DNA of 64,000 nucleotides from an uncultured Desulfospira sp. (GCA_963663165.1 OY760175.1:2752001-2816000); one strand, 5' to 3'; positions 50,905 to 60,639 are shown, counted from the stretch's first letter. Translations and numbers: made by a program. Notes: generated from the sequence alone by a model not told the origin.

Positions 50905-53118
50905 ATGTCAAAATTGATCGCATTTGCTGCCATTCAGGGTGGATACAAAGTAGTTGCCCAGGTTGAAGGCGAACTTCAAAAAGCGCTTCAGACCTATGAT
51001 GCCAGCACAAAGATAGGATTCCCCAACACCGCATATTACCTGCCGGTTATTTACTCTCTGACAGGGTTGAAATGTGAAACCTTAGAAGACCTTAAAAAAC
51101 CCATGGAATTTGCCAGAGGCCTTCTGCCGCCCCATATTAAGCTGAAAAACTGGCTCCCGTACCTTGGCCCCCTTCTGGATGCCGGTATGGCCGGTATCAT
51201 CAGCTACGAGATTAAAGAGGCCATCCGTTACCTCAATGACCCGGATTTCTACGTTACCACGGAAGATCCGGATATTGAAAACGGAAAATGGTGGGTGGGC
51301 GCTGCCGATGACACTATCCTGCGTAAACGTGGCGTTGAATTTGTTGACGGTTCCGCTCCCGGGTTTGCCGCCATGGTTGGTGCTGCCCCGGATGTTGAAA
51401 CCGCCAAGATGATTGTGGAAGACTATCAGCAGAAATCTCTGTACATTTTCTGCGCCGCCAACCACAATGGCAAAACCCTTATTGAGCAGTGCCATGAAGC
51501 CGGCATGCAGATCGGCTGGAACACCCGTATCGTTCCGTTTGGACCGGACATCTCTTCTGCCGTATTTGCCCTTGGGTTTGCCAACAGGGCCGCCATGGCA
51601 TTCGGCGGTGTTCAGCCCGGTGATTACAAAACCATCCTCAAGTACAACAAAGACAGGGTTTTCGCCTTTGTTAACGCCCTGGGCGATGTGGGCACCGAAT
51701 GGGGTGTGGCCGCAGCCGGTTGTGTTAACTGGGGTTTCCCCACCATCGCTGATACACCCATCCCGGAAATTCTGCCCACGGGTATTTGTACTTATGAACA
51801 TGTTGTGGCACCGGTTGCCCATAAAGACATGGTTCAAAAGTCTGTTGAAGTCAGGGGCCTTAAGGTTACGGTTTCCGACATCGACATTCCCATGGCATTT
51901 GGTCCGGCATACGAAGGTGAACGTGTTCGCGGCGCTGATCTGTACTGCCAGTGCGGCGGCGGCAAGACCCAGTGCACCGAGCTGGTAAAACGGGCTGAAA
52001 TGAATGAGATCGAAGACGGAAAGGTCACGATAGTCGGCCCGGATGTCACGGATATGAAAGAAGGCGATACCTTCCCCTTGGGAATTTTTGTCCAGATTGC
52101 CGGCCGTGAATTCCAGGAAGACTTTGAGCCCATCATGGAACGTCAGATCCACCATCTGACCAACTACATCCAGTCCATCATGCACATCGGACAACGGGAC
52201 ATCTCCTGGGTCCGTATATCCAAGGCAGCCATGGAAAAAGGCTTTTCTCTGGAGCACATTGGTAAAGTCCTTTATGCCAAGTTCCATCAGGATTTCACCA
52301 AGATTGTGGACAAGGTCCAGGTTACCCTGTACACCAAGCCTGAAGATGTCGACAAGATGACCGCACTGGCCCGGGAAAATTACCTGGCCCGTGATTCCCG
52401 TGTGGACAACATGAAGGACGAGGACGTGGATATTTTCTACTCCTGCACCCTGTGCCAGTCTTTTGCCCCCTCCCATGTCTGCTCCGTATCCCCGGAAAGA
52501 ACAGGTCTTTGCGGTGCCTACAACTGGATGGACTGCAAGGCTGCCTACGAGATCAATCCTACCGGTCCCAACCAGCCCATTGAAAAGGGTGAAGTTATTA
52601 ATGCGAAACTCGGCGAGTTCTCCGGAGCGAACGAGTTTGTCAAAAAAGCCTCCAGGGGCGCTATTGAACGGTATAACTTCTACTCCATGGTCCATGATCC
52701 CATGACCACCTGCGGCTGCTGCGAGTGCATCGCTGCCATGCTGCCCATGTGCAACGGGGTTATGACGGTTGGCCGTGATTACGGCGGAGAGACCCCCTGC
52801 GGCATGAAGTTCACCACCCTGGCCGGCGTTATGGGCGGCGGGGCTTCTTCACCTGGCTTTGTGGGCCACTCCAAGCATAACATCACCCAGGGCAAATTCA
52901 TCCTGGGCGACGGTGGCCTCTTGAGAATGGTCTGGATGCCCAAGATGCTTAAAGACGAACTCAAGGAAAAAATTGAGAAACGTGGTGCAGAAATGGGCGT
53001 GCCCGATCTTTGGGACAAGATTGCCGATGAAACCGTCGGCATCACCGAAGAAGAGATTTATCCGTGGCTCGAAGAAAAAGGCCACCCTGCCCTGACAATG
53101 GAACCCCTTGTCGGGTAA
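50905..53118 (+). CDS. acsB: Acetyl-CoA synthase (A-cluster subunit)
   Basis: FPNTAYYLP, CTLCQSFAPSHVC..PER.GLCGA, MTTCGCCEC. Confidence 0.96.
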   Translation: MSKLIAFAAIQGGYKVVAQVEGELQKALQTYDASTKIGFPNTAYYLPVIYSLTGLKCETLEDLKKPMEFARGLLPPHIKLKNWLPYLGPLLDAGMAGIISYEIKEAIRYLNDPDFYVTTEDPDIENGKWWVGAADDTILRKRGVEFVDGSAPGFAAMVGAAPDVETAKMIVEDYQQKSLYIFCAANHNGKTLIEQCHEAGMQIGWNTRIVPFGPDISSAVFALGFANRAAMAFGGVQPGDYKTILKYNKDRVFAFVNALGDVGTEWGVAAAGCVNWGFPTIADTPIPEILPTGICTYEHVVAPVAHKDMVQKSVEVRGLKVTVSDIDIPMAFGPAYEGERVRGADLYCQCGGGKTQCTELVKRAEMNEIEDGKVTIVGPDVTDMKEGDTFPLGIFVQIAGREFQEDFEPIMERQIHHLTNYIQSIMHIGQRDISWVRISKAAMEKGFSLEHIGKVLYAKFHQDFTKIVDKVQVTLYTKPEDVDKMTALARENYLARDSRVDNMKDEDVDIFYSCTLCQSFAPSHVCSVSPERTGLCGAYNWMDCKAAYEINPTGPNQPIEKGEVINAKLGEFSGANEFVKKASRGAIERYNFYSMVHDPMTTCGCCECIAAMLPMCNGVMTVGRDYGGETPCGMKFTTLAGVMGGGASSPGFVGHSKHNITQGKFILGDGGLLRMVWMPKMLKDELKEKIEKRGAEMGVPDLWDKIADETVGITEEEIYPWLEEKGHPALTMEPLVG

Positions 53119-53131
53119 TATTTTAAACCTG

Positions 53132-53175
53132 AAAGGTGCGGCGGTATTCCACCAGATTTAAATCCGCCGCGCCTT
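53132..53175 (+). terminator. Intercistronic hairpin between acsB and acsC
   Basis: AAAGGTGCGGCGG...CCGCCGCGCCTTT. Confidence 0.5.
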
Positions 53176-53208
53176 TATTCTACCCTTAAGACGTGAGGAG
53201 AATAACAA

Positions 53209-54549
53209 ATGGCATTAACCGGTATACAGATATTCAAGCTTCTGCCTAAAACAAACTGTAAAGAGTGCGGCGTCCCCACCTGCCTTGCCTTTGCTATGAA
53301 CTTAGCATCCGGCAAGGCGGAACTGGATTCCTGCCCCTACGTTTCCGATGAAGCCAGGGAACAGTTGGCAGAAGCTTCCGCACCTCCCATTCGCCCCGTT
53401 GTTCTGGGCGCCGGTGTCCGCAAAACCACCACCGGGGGTGAAACTGTTCTTTACAGACATGAAAAAACCTTTTTCAATCCCACTGTGCTTGCGGCAACCG
53501 TCCCTTCAGATATTGATGCAGGCGAACTGGACAAAGCGCTCAAGGTTTACAACGCGTTCCAGTACGAACGGGTGGGCCTTAATTTAAGACCTGAGCTCCT
53601 GGTGGTTAAAGACACCGGCGCCGGCGCCGATGCATTTGCCGCCACCGCTGAAAAGATTGCCAAAGAGTCTGAATTCAACCTGGTCCTGATGACCGAAGAC
53701 CTTGATGTGATGAAAGCCGGTGTCGAAAAAGCCGGGTTCAAACGCCCCCTGCTTTACGCTGCCACAGAAGCCAATGCTGATGACATGGGCGCCCTGGCCA
53801 AAGACAATGGCCTGCCCCTGGCCGTGAAAGCCGACAGCGTTGATGCACTTCAGCCTTTGACTGAAAAACTGACCGGTATGGGGATTAAGGACCTGGTCAT
53901 TGACTCGGGTGCCCGTGAAATCAAACAGGCTCTCGAAGATCAGGTGGCCATCCGGCGGGCAGCCCTTAAGGCATCCAACAAGGCCTTAGGCTTCCCCACC
54001 ATCACCTTCCCCTGTGAAATGGCTTCCAACCTGGATATGGAAACCCTGATCGCTGGCATGTTTGTTGCGAAATACGGCGGAATTGTCGTCCTGTCGGACT
54101 TTACCCCGGAATCCTTATTCCCGCTGCTGCTTGAGCGGCTTAACATTTATACCGACCCCCAGAGGCCCATGACGGTTACCGAAGGCATCTTTGAAATCGG
54201 CAACCCGGATGAGAACTCTCCGGTTCTGGTCACCACCAACTTTGCTTTGACCTACTTCATCGTCTCCGGCGAAATCGAGGGGTCTAAAGTTCCGGCCTGG
54301 TTGCTGATCAAGGACTCTGAAGGGTTGTCCGTTCTGACGGCCTGGGCTGCCGGCAAGTTCGGTGGCGATGATGTGGGCATGTTTGTGAAAAAGTGCGGTA
54401 TCATGGACAAGGTCAAACATACCGAACTGATTATTCCAGGCTATGCTGCAGCCATTGCCGGTGATATTGAAGAAGAACTTCCGGGCTGGACCATTACGGT
54501 CGGTCCCCGGGAAGCGGCCCATCTGCCCGCATTCCTGAAATCCAGATAA
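53209..54549 (+). CDS. acsC: Corrinoid Fe-S protein large (gamma) subunit
   Basis: LPKTNCKECGVPTCLAFA..CP, IYTDPQRP, TTNFALTYF, GPREA. Confidence 0.96.
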   Translation: MALTGIQIFKLLPKTNCKECGVPTCLAFAMNLASGKAELDSCPYVSDEAREQLAEASAPPIRPVVLGAGVRKTTTGGETVLYRHEKTFFNPTVLAATVPSDIDAGELDKALKVYNAFQYERVGLNLRPELLVVKDTGAGADAFAATAEKIAKESEFNLVLMTEDLDVMKAGVEKAGFKRPLLYAATEANADDMGALAKDNGLPLAVKADSVDALQPLTEKLTGMGIKDLVIDSGAREIKQALEDQVAIRRAALKASNKALGFPTITFPCEMASNLDMETLIAGMFVAKYGGIVVLSDFTPESLFPLLLERLNIYTDPQRPMTVTEGIFEIGNPDENSPVLVTTNFALTYFIVSGEIEGSKVPAWLLIKDSEGLSVLTAWAAGKFGGDDVGMFVKKCGIMDKVKHTELIIPGYAAAIAGDIEEELPGWTITVGPREAAHLPAFLKSR

Positions 54550-54643
54550 TCGAATCGCGGGCCGCCTGGAAGATAATTTACCTCGGTATTTAAGCTCCTG
54601 CGGCCAAAGTAGAACCTTTAACGTTAAATAATGAGGATAAGAC

Positions 54644-55558
54644 ATGGAGAACATGATTCTATTTGGTGAAAGCCTGAACGTCATTTCCAGAGTCATCGGA
54701 AAAGAGTTCAAAGAAGCTGATCCTGCCAAACGGAACCCCGAACCCATCCAGGCAGAGGTAGTCCGTCAAAAAGAACTGGGCATGGACTATATCGACATCA
54801 ACCTGGGGCCGGCCAAAAAATTTGGTACCGAACTGATGCCATGGGTCGTCAACGTGGTCCAGGAAGCTGTTCCGGGAATGCCCCTGCTTTTAGATTCATC
54901 CAATATTGATGCCATTGAAGCAGGCCTTAAGGTCTGTAAACCCGCTGATAAACCTCATATCGTCAACTCCATTATGGCTCGGGCTGAACGGTATGAAAGA
55001 ATGGTCCCCATGACAGCTCAGTATGATGCCGATTTTGTCGCCCTGATGTGGGGTCCTGACGGTTTGCCCAGGGATGAAAATGAAAGGGCTGCCCTTTGCG
55101 TGGAGCTGCTTTATTTTGCCAACGAAGCCGGCATCCCCAATGAAAAAATATGGGTAGACGGTATTGTTACCCCTGTAAATACGCAGCAGGCCCAGTGCAT
55201 GAGCCTGCTTAACTTCCAGATGATGATTGAAGATATCGCTCCGGGTGCAAAATCTACCTGCGGTCTGTCCAATATCTCCAATGGACCGCCAGAACACCTG
55301 CGTCCCATTCTGAACTCCACTTATATGTGTATGCTGTGGAAATACGGTATGAAAGCTGTGATTGCCGATCCCCTTGACAAACGGCAGACGGCCATTGCCA
55401 AGAATGAACGCCCGGATATCAAAGACCTGATCTGGGGTCTGATGGACGGAAATGATCCTGGCGCAGCCAGCCTTGAAGGCGAACTTCTGGATTACTACAA
55501 AACCTATAAAGTCATTATGGGCGAAACCCTGTATACTGACTCCTGGCTTGAAGTGTAG
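54644..55558 (+). CDS. acsE: Methyltetrahydrofolate:corrinoid Fe-S protein methyltransferase
   Basis: Pterin-binding fold (GESLN, DINLG, LDS, VNS, CGLSNIS); position in the acs operon. Confidence 0.88.
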   Translation: MENMILFGESLNVISRVIGKEFKEADPAKRNPEPIQAEVVRQKELGMDYIDINLGPAKKFGTELMPWVVNVVQEAVPGMPLLLDSSNIDAIEAGLKVCKPADKPHIVNSIMARAERYERMVPMTAQYDADFVALMWGPDGLPRDENERAALCVELLYFANEAGIPNEKIWVDGIVTPVNTQQAQCMSLLNFQMMIEDIAPGAKSTCGLSNISNGPPEHLRPILNSTYMCMLWKYGMKAVIADPLDKRQTAIAKNERPDIKDLIWGLMDGNDPGAASLEGELLDYYKTYKVIMGETLYTDSWLEV

Positions 55559-55588
55559 TAAAAAGCGGTTAGCTTTTAGTGGTTTAAA

Positions 55589-55627
55589 GCCCCCTGACCC
55601 GGTGATTACGGGGAGGGGGCTTTTTTT
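55589..55627 (+). terminator. Intrinsic terminator after acsE
   Basis: GCCCCCT..AGGGGGC followed by TTTTTTT. Confidence 0.75.
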
Positions 55628-55769
55628 ATGGGCTCCAGGCCTTTATTTTGCCTGATCCTGTATTATTTTTCTATGTTACACTACGGTCGCAGGTTGGATG
55701 AAGAGGGTTCAACCTCAAAATTTAAATTTTTTGACTGACACAGGCATAAACAGATGGAGGCTAACACCA

Positions 55770-56063
55770 TTGAACAGCCCAAAAAAAGATACCTGGTACT
55801 ATATTATTGTCCAGAATCCGGACACACCCTTTTCCGAGATTCTTGGGTATACGGATGAGGAAACCCGGGCCACCTTTATTCCGGCCTTTCAATCCAAGGA
55901 AATCGCCCAGCAGTGCTTCATGATCATGCCCAAAAACATCATGAAAGAAAAGTATGAGGCCCAGGCCATCATATTCGAAGACCTGATGACCCATGCCGAA
56001 TCAACCGGCCATGAGGTCTTCCTGATGGATGACAGGGGAAAGATACTGGAAAAGATTATTTAG
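55770..56063 (+). CDS. Small hypothetical protein
   Basis: GGAGG RBS before TTG 55770; 97 aa, host-like codons. Confidence 0.7.
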   Translation: MNSPKKDTWYYIIVQNPDTPFSEILGYTDEETRATFIPAFQSKEIAQQCFMIMPKNIMKEKYEAQAIIFEDLMTHAESTGHEVFLMDDRGKILEKII

Positions 56064-56131
56064 GCTGAAGGGAGATAGACTGAAGACTGAAGTAGGGTTG
56101 ATAACCTTCAGCCTAACTTCCTTCAGCCTAA
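56060..56131. repeat. CTGAAG heptamer inverted repeat
   Basis: TTAGGCTGAAGGGAG..ACTGAAG ACTGAAG ... CTTCAGCCTAACTTCCTTCAGCCTAA. Confidence 0.75.
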
Positions 56132-56154
56132 TCACCTCTCACAGGAGACATATT

Positions 56155-56937
56155 TTGAGTTTAAAATTAGCATTTGGCGGTAAAGGCGGGGTGGGCAAAA
56201 CCACCATCACCTCATTGATTGCACGGACCATCGCCGCCTTGGATAAAGAAACCAGTGTGATTGCCATTGACGCCGATCCCGTGGCCAACCTGGCAGCAGG
56301 CTTAGGGATAGATGAAACCCAGCCCATTACCCCGGTGGCTGAGTTGTCCGATCTTATTGCCGAGCGGACCGGGGCCAAACCCGGGACCATGGGGGGGTTT
56401 TTCACCCTGAACCCCAAGGTGGATGACATCCCGGACCGGTTTTCCATTGAAAAAGACGGGGTCAAACTGCTGGTCATGGGAACGGTTCAACAGGGGGGGG
56501 GCGGGTGTATCTGCCCTGAATCCACCATTCTAAAAGCCCTGATGAACCATCTGGTCCTGGCCCGCAACGAGGTGGTGGTCATGGACATGGAGGCCGGGGT
56601 CGAACATTTGGGCCGTGCCACTTCAGGTTCTGTGGACGCTTTAGTCATTGTGGTCAACCCGGGCATGAGAAGCCGGGTGGCCGCGGACAAAATCCGGAAA
56701 TTGGGACAGGACATCGGGATTCAGACGATCTTGGTTCTGGCCAATCGGGTCCGCTCCAACGAAGACCGGGCCTTGATTGAAGACACCATGAAGGACTATG
56801 AAATCTTAGGATTTCTGCCTGAAATGGATGAAATCGTCAATTCAGACCGGGAGGGCAGCCGCCCCTTTGACGACATCTCCACCATCCCGCCTGAGCTTCG
56901 GGCTGTTGCCGAAAAACTGATGGCCCTGTCTAAATGA
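56155..56937 (+). CDS. cooC: CooC/AcsF nickel-insertion ATPase
   Basis: GKGGVGKTT, IDADP, GCICPE, DMEAGVEHLGR; AGGAG RBS before TTG 56155. Confidence 0.93.
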   Translation: MSLKLAFGGKGGVGKTTITSLIARTIAALDKETSVIAIDADPVANLAAGLGIDETQPITPVAELSDLIAERTGAKPGTMGGFFTLNPKVDDIPDRFSIEKDGVKLLVMGTVQQGGGGCICPESTILKALMNHLVLARNEVVVMDMEAGVEHLGRATSGSVDALVIVVNPGMRSRVAADKIRKLGQDIGIQTILVLANRVRSNEDRALIEDTMKDYEILGFLPEMDEIVNSDREGSRPFDDISTIPPELRAVAEKLMALSK

Positions 56938-56999
56938 GCAGGTGAGCCGGTGGGAAAGTGAGAAAGTGGGCCGGTGCCGCTACCATAAAGGTCGTTATA

Positions 57000-57932
57000 A
57001 TGCCTGAAACCATGCCCCCCCTCTGCCTTGACGGACTTCCCTTGGCCCCGGTTTCCCGAATCGCGCCAACGCCCAGCGGCTTTTTACACCTGGGCAATGC
57101 CGTTAATTTCCTGGTCACCTGGGCCATTGTCAAAAGCCTTGGGGGCACCCTTTTTCTGCGGATAGATGATATGGACGGCATCCGGTTTCGAAAGGAGGTG
57201 CTGGAAGATATTTTTGTCAGTCTTGACTGGCTCGGACTGGACTGGGACAAGGGGCCTTTGGGACCGGATGATTTTTATCAGAATTACTCGTTACAGCTCA
57301 AAAAAGGAACCTACCGGCATCAGTTACATCTCCTCTTAGAAAAAAGCGACCAACCTTTTGCCTGCCAGTGCAGCCGCAGTGCCATCAAAAAAAAATCGGC
57401 CAACGGCCTTTACCCCGGGACCTGCCGGGACAAAGCCCTGGTCTTTGAACCGTTTTCCCATGCCATCCGGCTCAAAGTCGACCCGGACACCTGTATCCGT
57501 ATCAACAACCGGCACATAGACCTTGCCCGGGAATTCGGTGATTTTGTTATCTGGCGAAAGGATGACCAGCCCAGCTACCAGCTGGCAAGTCTCCTGGAAG
57601 ACGAGGCCGCAAAGGTCAACCTGATTATCAGGGGAGAGGACCTTTTGCCGTCTACAGCAGCCCAGCTTTACCTGGCCCACTGTTACGGGTTTTCATCTTT
57701 TCCCTCCTGCTGTTTCCGGCACCATGGGCTTATACTGGGCAAAAATGGGAAAAAGCTCTCCAAATCAAGGGGAGCCTATGCCCTCAAGGACATTCGCCAG
57801 GCAAAGGGCAGCCCGTCCCAGGCCGTTAAGGCCGCCGCCCCCCTGCTCGGCCTTGACCCGCAGTCCATATCCACGGCAGATGACCTGAAAACCCATCTCG
57901 CCAAAACCCTAAAAAAAACCCAGACCCCATAA
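57000..57932 (+). CDS. gluQ: Glutamyl-Q tRNA(Asp) synthetase-like protein (GluRS catalytic domain only)
   Basis: RIAPTPSGFLHLGN, LRIDDMD, CQCSR..YPGTCR, PSYQLA, RGEDL, KLSKS; no anticodon-binding domain. Confidence 0.8.
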   Translation: MPETMPPLCLDGLPLAPVSRIAPTPSGFLHLGNAVNFLVTWAIVKSLGGTLFLRIDDMDGIRFRKEVLEDIFVSLDWLGLDWDKGPLGPDDFYQNYSLQLKKGTYRHQLHLLLEKSDQPFACQCSRSAIKKKSANGLYPGTCRDKALVFEPFSHAIRLKVDPDTCIRINNRHIDLAREFGDFVIWRKDDQPSYQLASLLEDEAAKVNLIIRGEDLLPSTAAQLYLAHCYGFSSFPSCCFRHHGLILGKNGKKLSKSRGAYALKDIRQAKGSPSQAVKAAAPLLGLDPQSISTADDLKTHLAKTLKKTQTP

Positions 57933-57935
57933 AAG

Positions 57936-58032
57936 CCTCTCACCCTCTCACCCTCTCACCCTCTCACTTTCCCACTCTCCCACTTTCCCACTCTCCCACT
58001 CTCCCACTCTCCCACTCTCCACCGGCTCATTT
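57936..58032. repeat. Octamer tandem array (CTCTCACC/CTCCCACT, ~11 units), inverse of the array at 56932-56976
   Basis: Read directly from the sequence. Confidence 0.9.
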
Positions 58033-58036
58033 TAAT

Positions 58037-60052
58037 TTAAGACAAGAACCCGGGCTCATATATCTTAACCAGCTGGGCCCGGCCTTTGACTTTTACCTGG
58101 TCCACATACCGGAACTTGAACCGGCCTTTAAGGGTTCGGGCAACAGACTCTGAAACCAGAATAGTGGTCCCGTATTCTTTATTGGTGTTTTCAAGCCGGG
58201 AGGCCAAGTTTACATTATCTCCCATGACCGTATAGTCAAACCGGTCCATGGACCCGAAATTCCCCACACTGACCATTCCGGTATTAATGCCGATACCAAT
58301 GGAAATTTCCGGCAGATCAACATCCGTAAAGCTTTTATTGAAATTCCGGAGGCTGCCCTGCATCAGCAGTGCGGTCCGAACCGCTTTGGCCGCATGGTCA
58401 GGCTCATCGGCCGGCGCGCCCCAGAAGGCCATGACCGCATCCCCGATAAATTTATCCACGGTCCCGCCGTTTTCCATGATGATCCGGCTCATCCGGGTCA
58501 GATACTGGTTCATGAACCGGCCGAGTACCTGGGAGTCCATGTTTTCGGACAGGCTTGAAAAATTGCGGATATCTGAAAACAAAATGGTCAGTTCTTTTTG
58601 TTCTCCTGCCAGGGAAAGCCGTGCCGGGTTTCTTAACAAAGATCTGACCACACCGGGGGAGACATAATGGGAAAATGCCTTGTGAATATAAGATTTGGCC
58701 CGCCCTTCCATAAAGTAATTTAAAATCGAGACCACAAAGGAGACGCACAAAAACACCAGAACCACGTAGGTGATGCCCACCTGGATTTTGTTTAAAAAGA
58801 AAAAATAATAATTGCCCATGAACAGGGCTATAAAGAAAAGAATCGTACTCAGCCCGCTCAGGATAGGGGTGGCCAGGCAGAGAATCATGGTCAGCAACAT
58901 CCCCCCGAACAAAATCATGGTATAGATAATGGCCGTTTCCGTAAAGATATCATATTCAAAGGGGTCCTGTTTGAGCAGATTGTCAATCACAGTGGCATTG
59001 ATCTCCACCCCGGGCATGGCATTGGAAAAGGGGGTGGCTTTAAAATCAAAAAGCCCGGTGGCTGAAGATCCGATCAGCACGATCTTATTGGCAAGTTCAG
59101 GATGGTCGGGATGGTCCAGCAGGTCCCAGGCACTGATATACTCAAATGTCCGCGCAGGCCCCCGGTGGTTTAACAAAAGCCGGGCGTCACTGCTGGTGGG
59201 AATAAAATACCTTGAACTGCTCACCCCCATCACCGGTATTTGAGAAGACCTGAACCGCTTGTCCGTATGAACATATAAAACTGAATTGCCGATCCCCAGA
59301 CGCCAGGCTTCCAACGCCAGTGAAGGGTAGAGAACATTGTCCATTTTTAAAAGCAGCGGCACGCTTCTCACGGTGCCTGAATAATCGGCAAATACGTTGA
59401 GAAACCCCTCTGTTTCACCCAAAGATACGGCCTTGACGTTGACCAGGGCCTGGCAGGCCGAATGAATGGTCAGTTTTTCCAAGGTGGCGTCGGACGAAAA
59501 CAGATGAATTTGGGCCGAGGTATACGGTTTTTTAAGTGAAGGGTTAAATTTATCCACAATAAACTGAAATACATACCCCAGAATAACCTTGCCTTTGGAT
59601 ATTTCATTGCCAAAAGCCACATCATAATCAAGTCCTTCAGAAGACATGATCCGGTCGAGGACGGTCTGTGAAAGATGTTCCCTTAACAGGGGCGTAAGAC
59701 CTGACAGCTGGCGGGCCGGGGACGTCCGGTCGGGCTCAGGGAACACCATGTCAAATCCAATGGCGCTTGCCCCATTCTCCCGGATGGCCCGGGTCAGGTT
59801 GGCCATCATATTCCGGGGCCAGGGCCACTGCCCTACCAATTGAAGGCTTTTTTCGTCGATATCAACGATGACCACCCGGCCGGTATGGGGTTCCGGCCCC
59901 CGGATAAAAAACATGGTATCCATAATTTTATTGTCTATCCCGGACAACAGCACCGGTTTGGGCAACCCGATATAAGAGAATAAAAAACAGGATGCGACCG
60001 TAATAAAACAGCCTGCAAAAAAGGGAATGGACAACAACTTTTTTTTAATCAT
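58037..60052 (-). CDS. CHASE2-domain class III adenylate cyclase
   Basis: DIDEKSL..GQWPWPR, MPGVEINA, TM helices, FSDIRNFS, DKFIGDAVM, GDNVNLASRLE. Confidence 0.93.
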   Translation of the reverse strand: MIKKKLLSIPFFAGCFITVASCFLFSYIGLPKPVLLSGIDNKIMDTMFFIRGPEPHTGRVVIVDIDEKSLQLVGQWPWPRNMMANLTRAIRENGASAIGFDMVFPEPDRTSPARQLSGLTPLLREHLSQTVLDRIMSSEGLDYDVAFGNEISKGKVILGYVFQFIVDKFNPSLKKPYTSAQIHLFSSDATLEKLTIHSACQALVNVKAVSLGETEGFLNVFADYSGTVRSVPLLLKMDNVLYPSLALEAWRLGIGNSVLYVHTDKRFRSSQIPVMGVSSSRYFIPTSSDARLLLNHRGPARTFEYISAWDLLDHPDHPELANKIVLIGSSATGLFDFKATPFSNAMPGVEINATVIDNLLKQDPFEYDIFTETAIIYTMILFGGMLLTMILCLATPILSGLSTILFFIALFMGNYYFFFLNKIQVGITYVVLVFLCVSFVVSILNYFMEGRAKSYIHKAFSHYVSPGVVRSLLRNPARLSLAGEQKELTILFSDIRNFSSLSENMDSQVLGRFMNQYLTRMSRIIMENGGTVDKFIGDAVMAFWGAPADEPDHAAKAVRTALLMQGSLRNFNKSFTDVDLPEISIGIGINTGMVSVGNFGSMDRFDYTVMGDNVNLASRLENTNKEYGTTILVSESVARTLKGRFKFRYVDQVKVKGRAQLVKIYEPGFLS

Positions 60053-60294
60053 ACCACTACAATTACCATATGGTCCCGGCTGTATCCAAAGACCTGCGGC
60101 GATGCATCTATTTGTTCTTTTTGGCCGCTTCCCGTGCTTTCCCCTATGCCCGCCACATAGATATTTTTAGGTGAGATTACGTTGATTTGCAACACTGCAA
60201 ATCATGGCCCATCGGGTATTAAACATCAGAAAAAAGGCCTGTGTCAACCCTGATCGCCCAGGTATAGGGTGATCGCATTTATAATTTAAGTTAA

Positions 60295-60457
60295 ATCTCC
60301 AATAAACGTTGGGAGACAGGAAACCGGAAGAAGGAGACCGGATGCGCCCTCCAAGGGAACCCGGCATCCAACATCTATCGCTCCAACCCTACCGCTCAAA
60401 CCAGGGAACTTGACGGTTTCGGTCTCCCGTCTCCTTTTCTCCGGTTTCCTTTTTTTA
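60295..60457 (+). ncRNA. Candidate structured small RNA (family not recognised)
   Basis: ~20-bp closing stem GGAAACCGGAAGAAGGAGAC/GTCTCCTTTTCTCCGGTTTCC enclosing two hairpins, then a T-tract; TATAAT at ~60280. Confidence 0.45.
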
Positions 60458-60515
60458 TTTATTATCCTGATCCTCAAAATCAACATCACCGATGATCCGG
60501 TTACATGGCCCATGC

Positions 60516-60555
60516 GACGTTTATAGAATTATATTGACGTGTATAGAATTATATA
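60516..60555 (+). promoter_or_regulatory. Tandem 20-bp repeat, ModE-like operator upstream of modA
   Basis: GACGTTTATAGAATTATATT GACGTGTATAGAATTATATA; contains imperfect palindrome CGTTTATAGAATTATATTGACG. Confidence 0.6.
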
Positions 60556-60639
60556 TTATGGATATAGTTTGCCGGTCAGGATGCCTTCCGCCGGCAGGGA
60601 ACAACAGACAACCCAACAGATGTGAAAAGGAAATTGACC

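Noticed and set aside
47158..52695. Long minus-strand ORFs (487, 311, 545 and 537 aa) opposite the acs genes, and similar shadow ORFs elsewhere
   Set aside because: Antisense frames of genes with strong codon bias; no motifs or RBS
60311..60450. Retron msr-msd
   Set aside because: The long terminal stem fits, but no reverse transcriptase is adjacent
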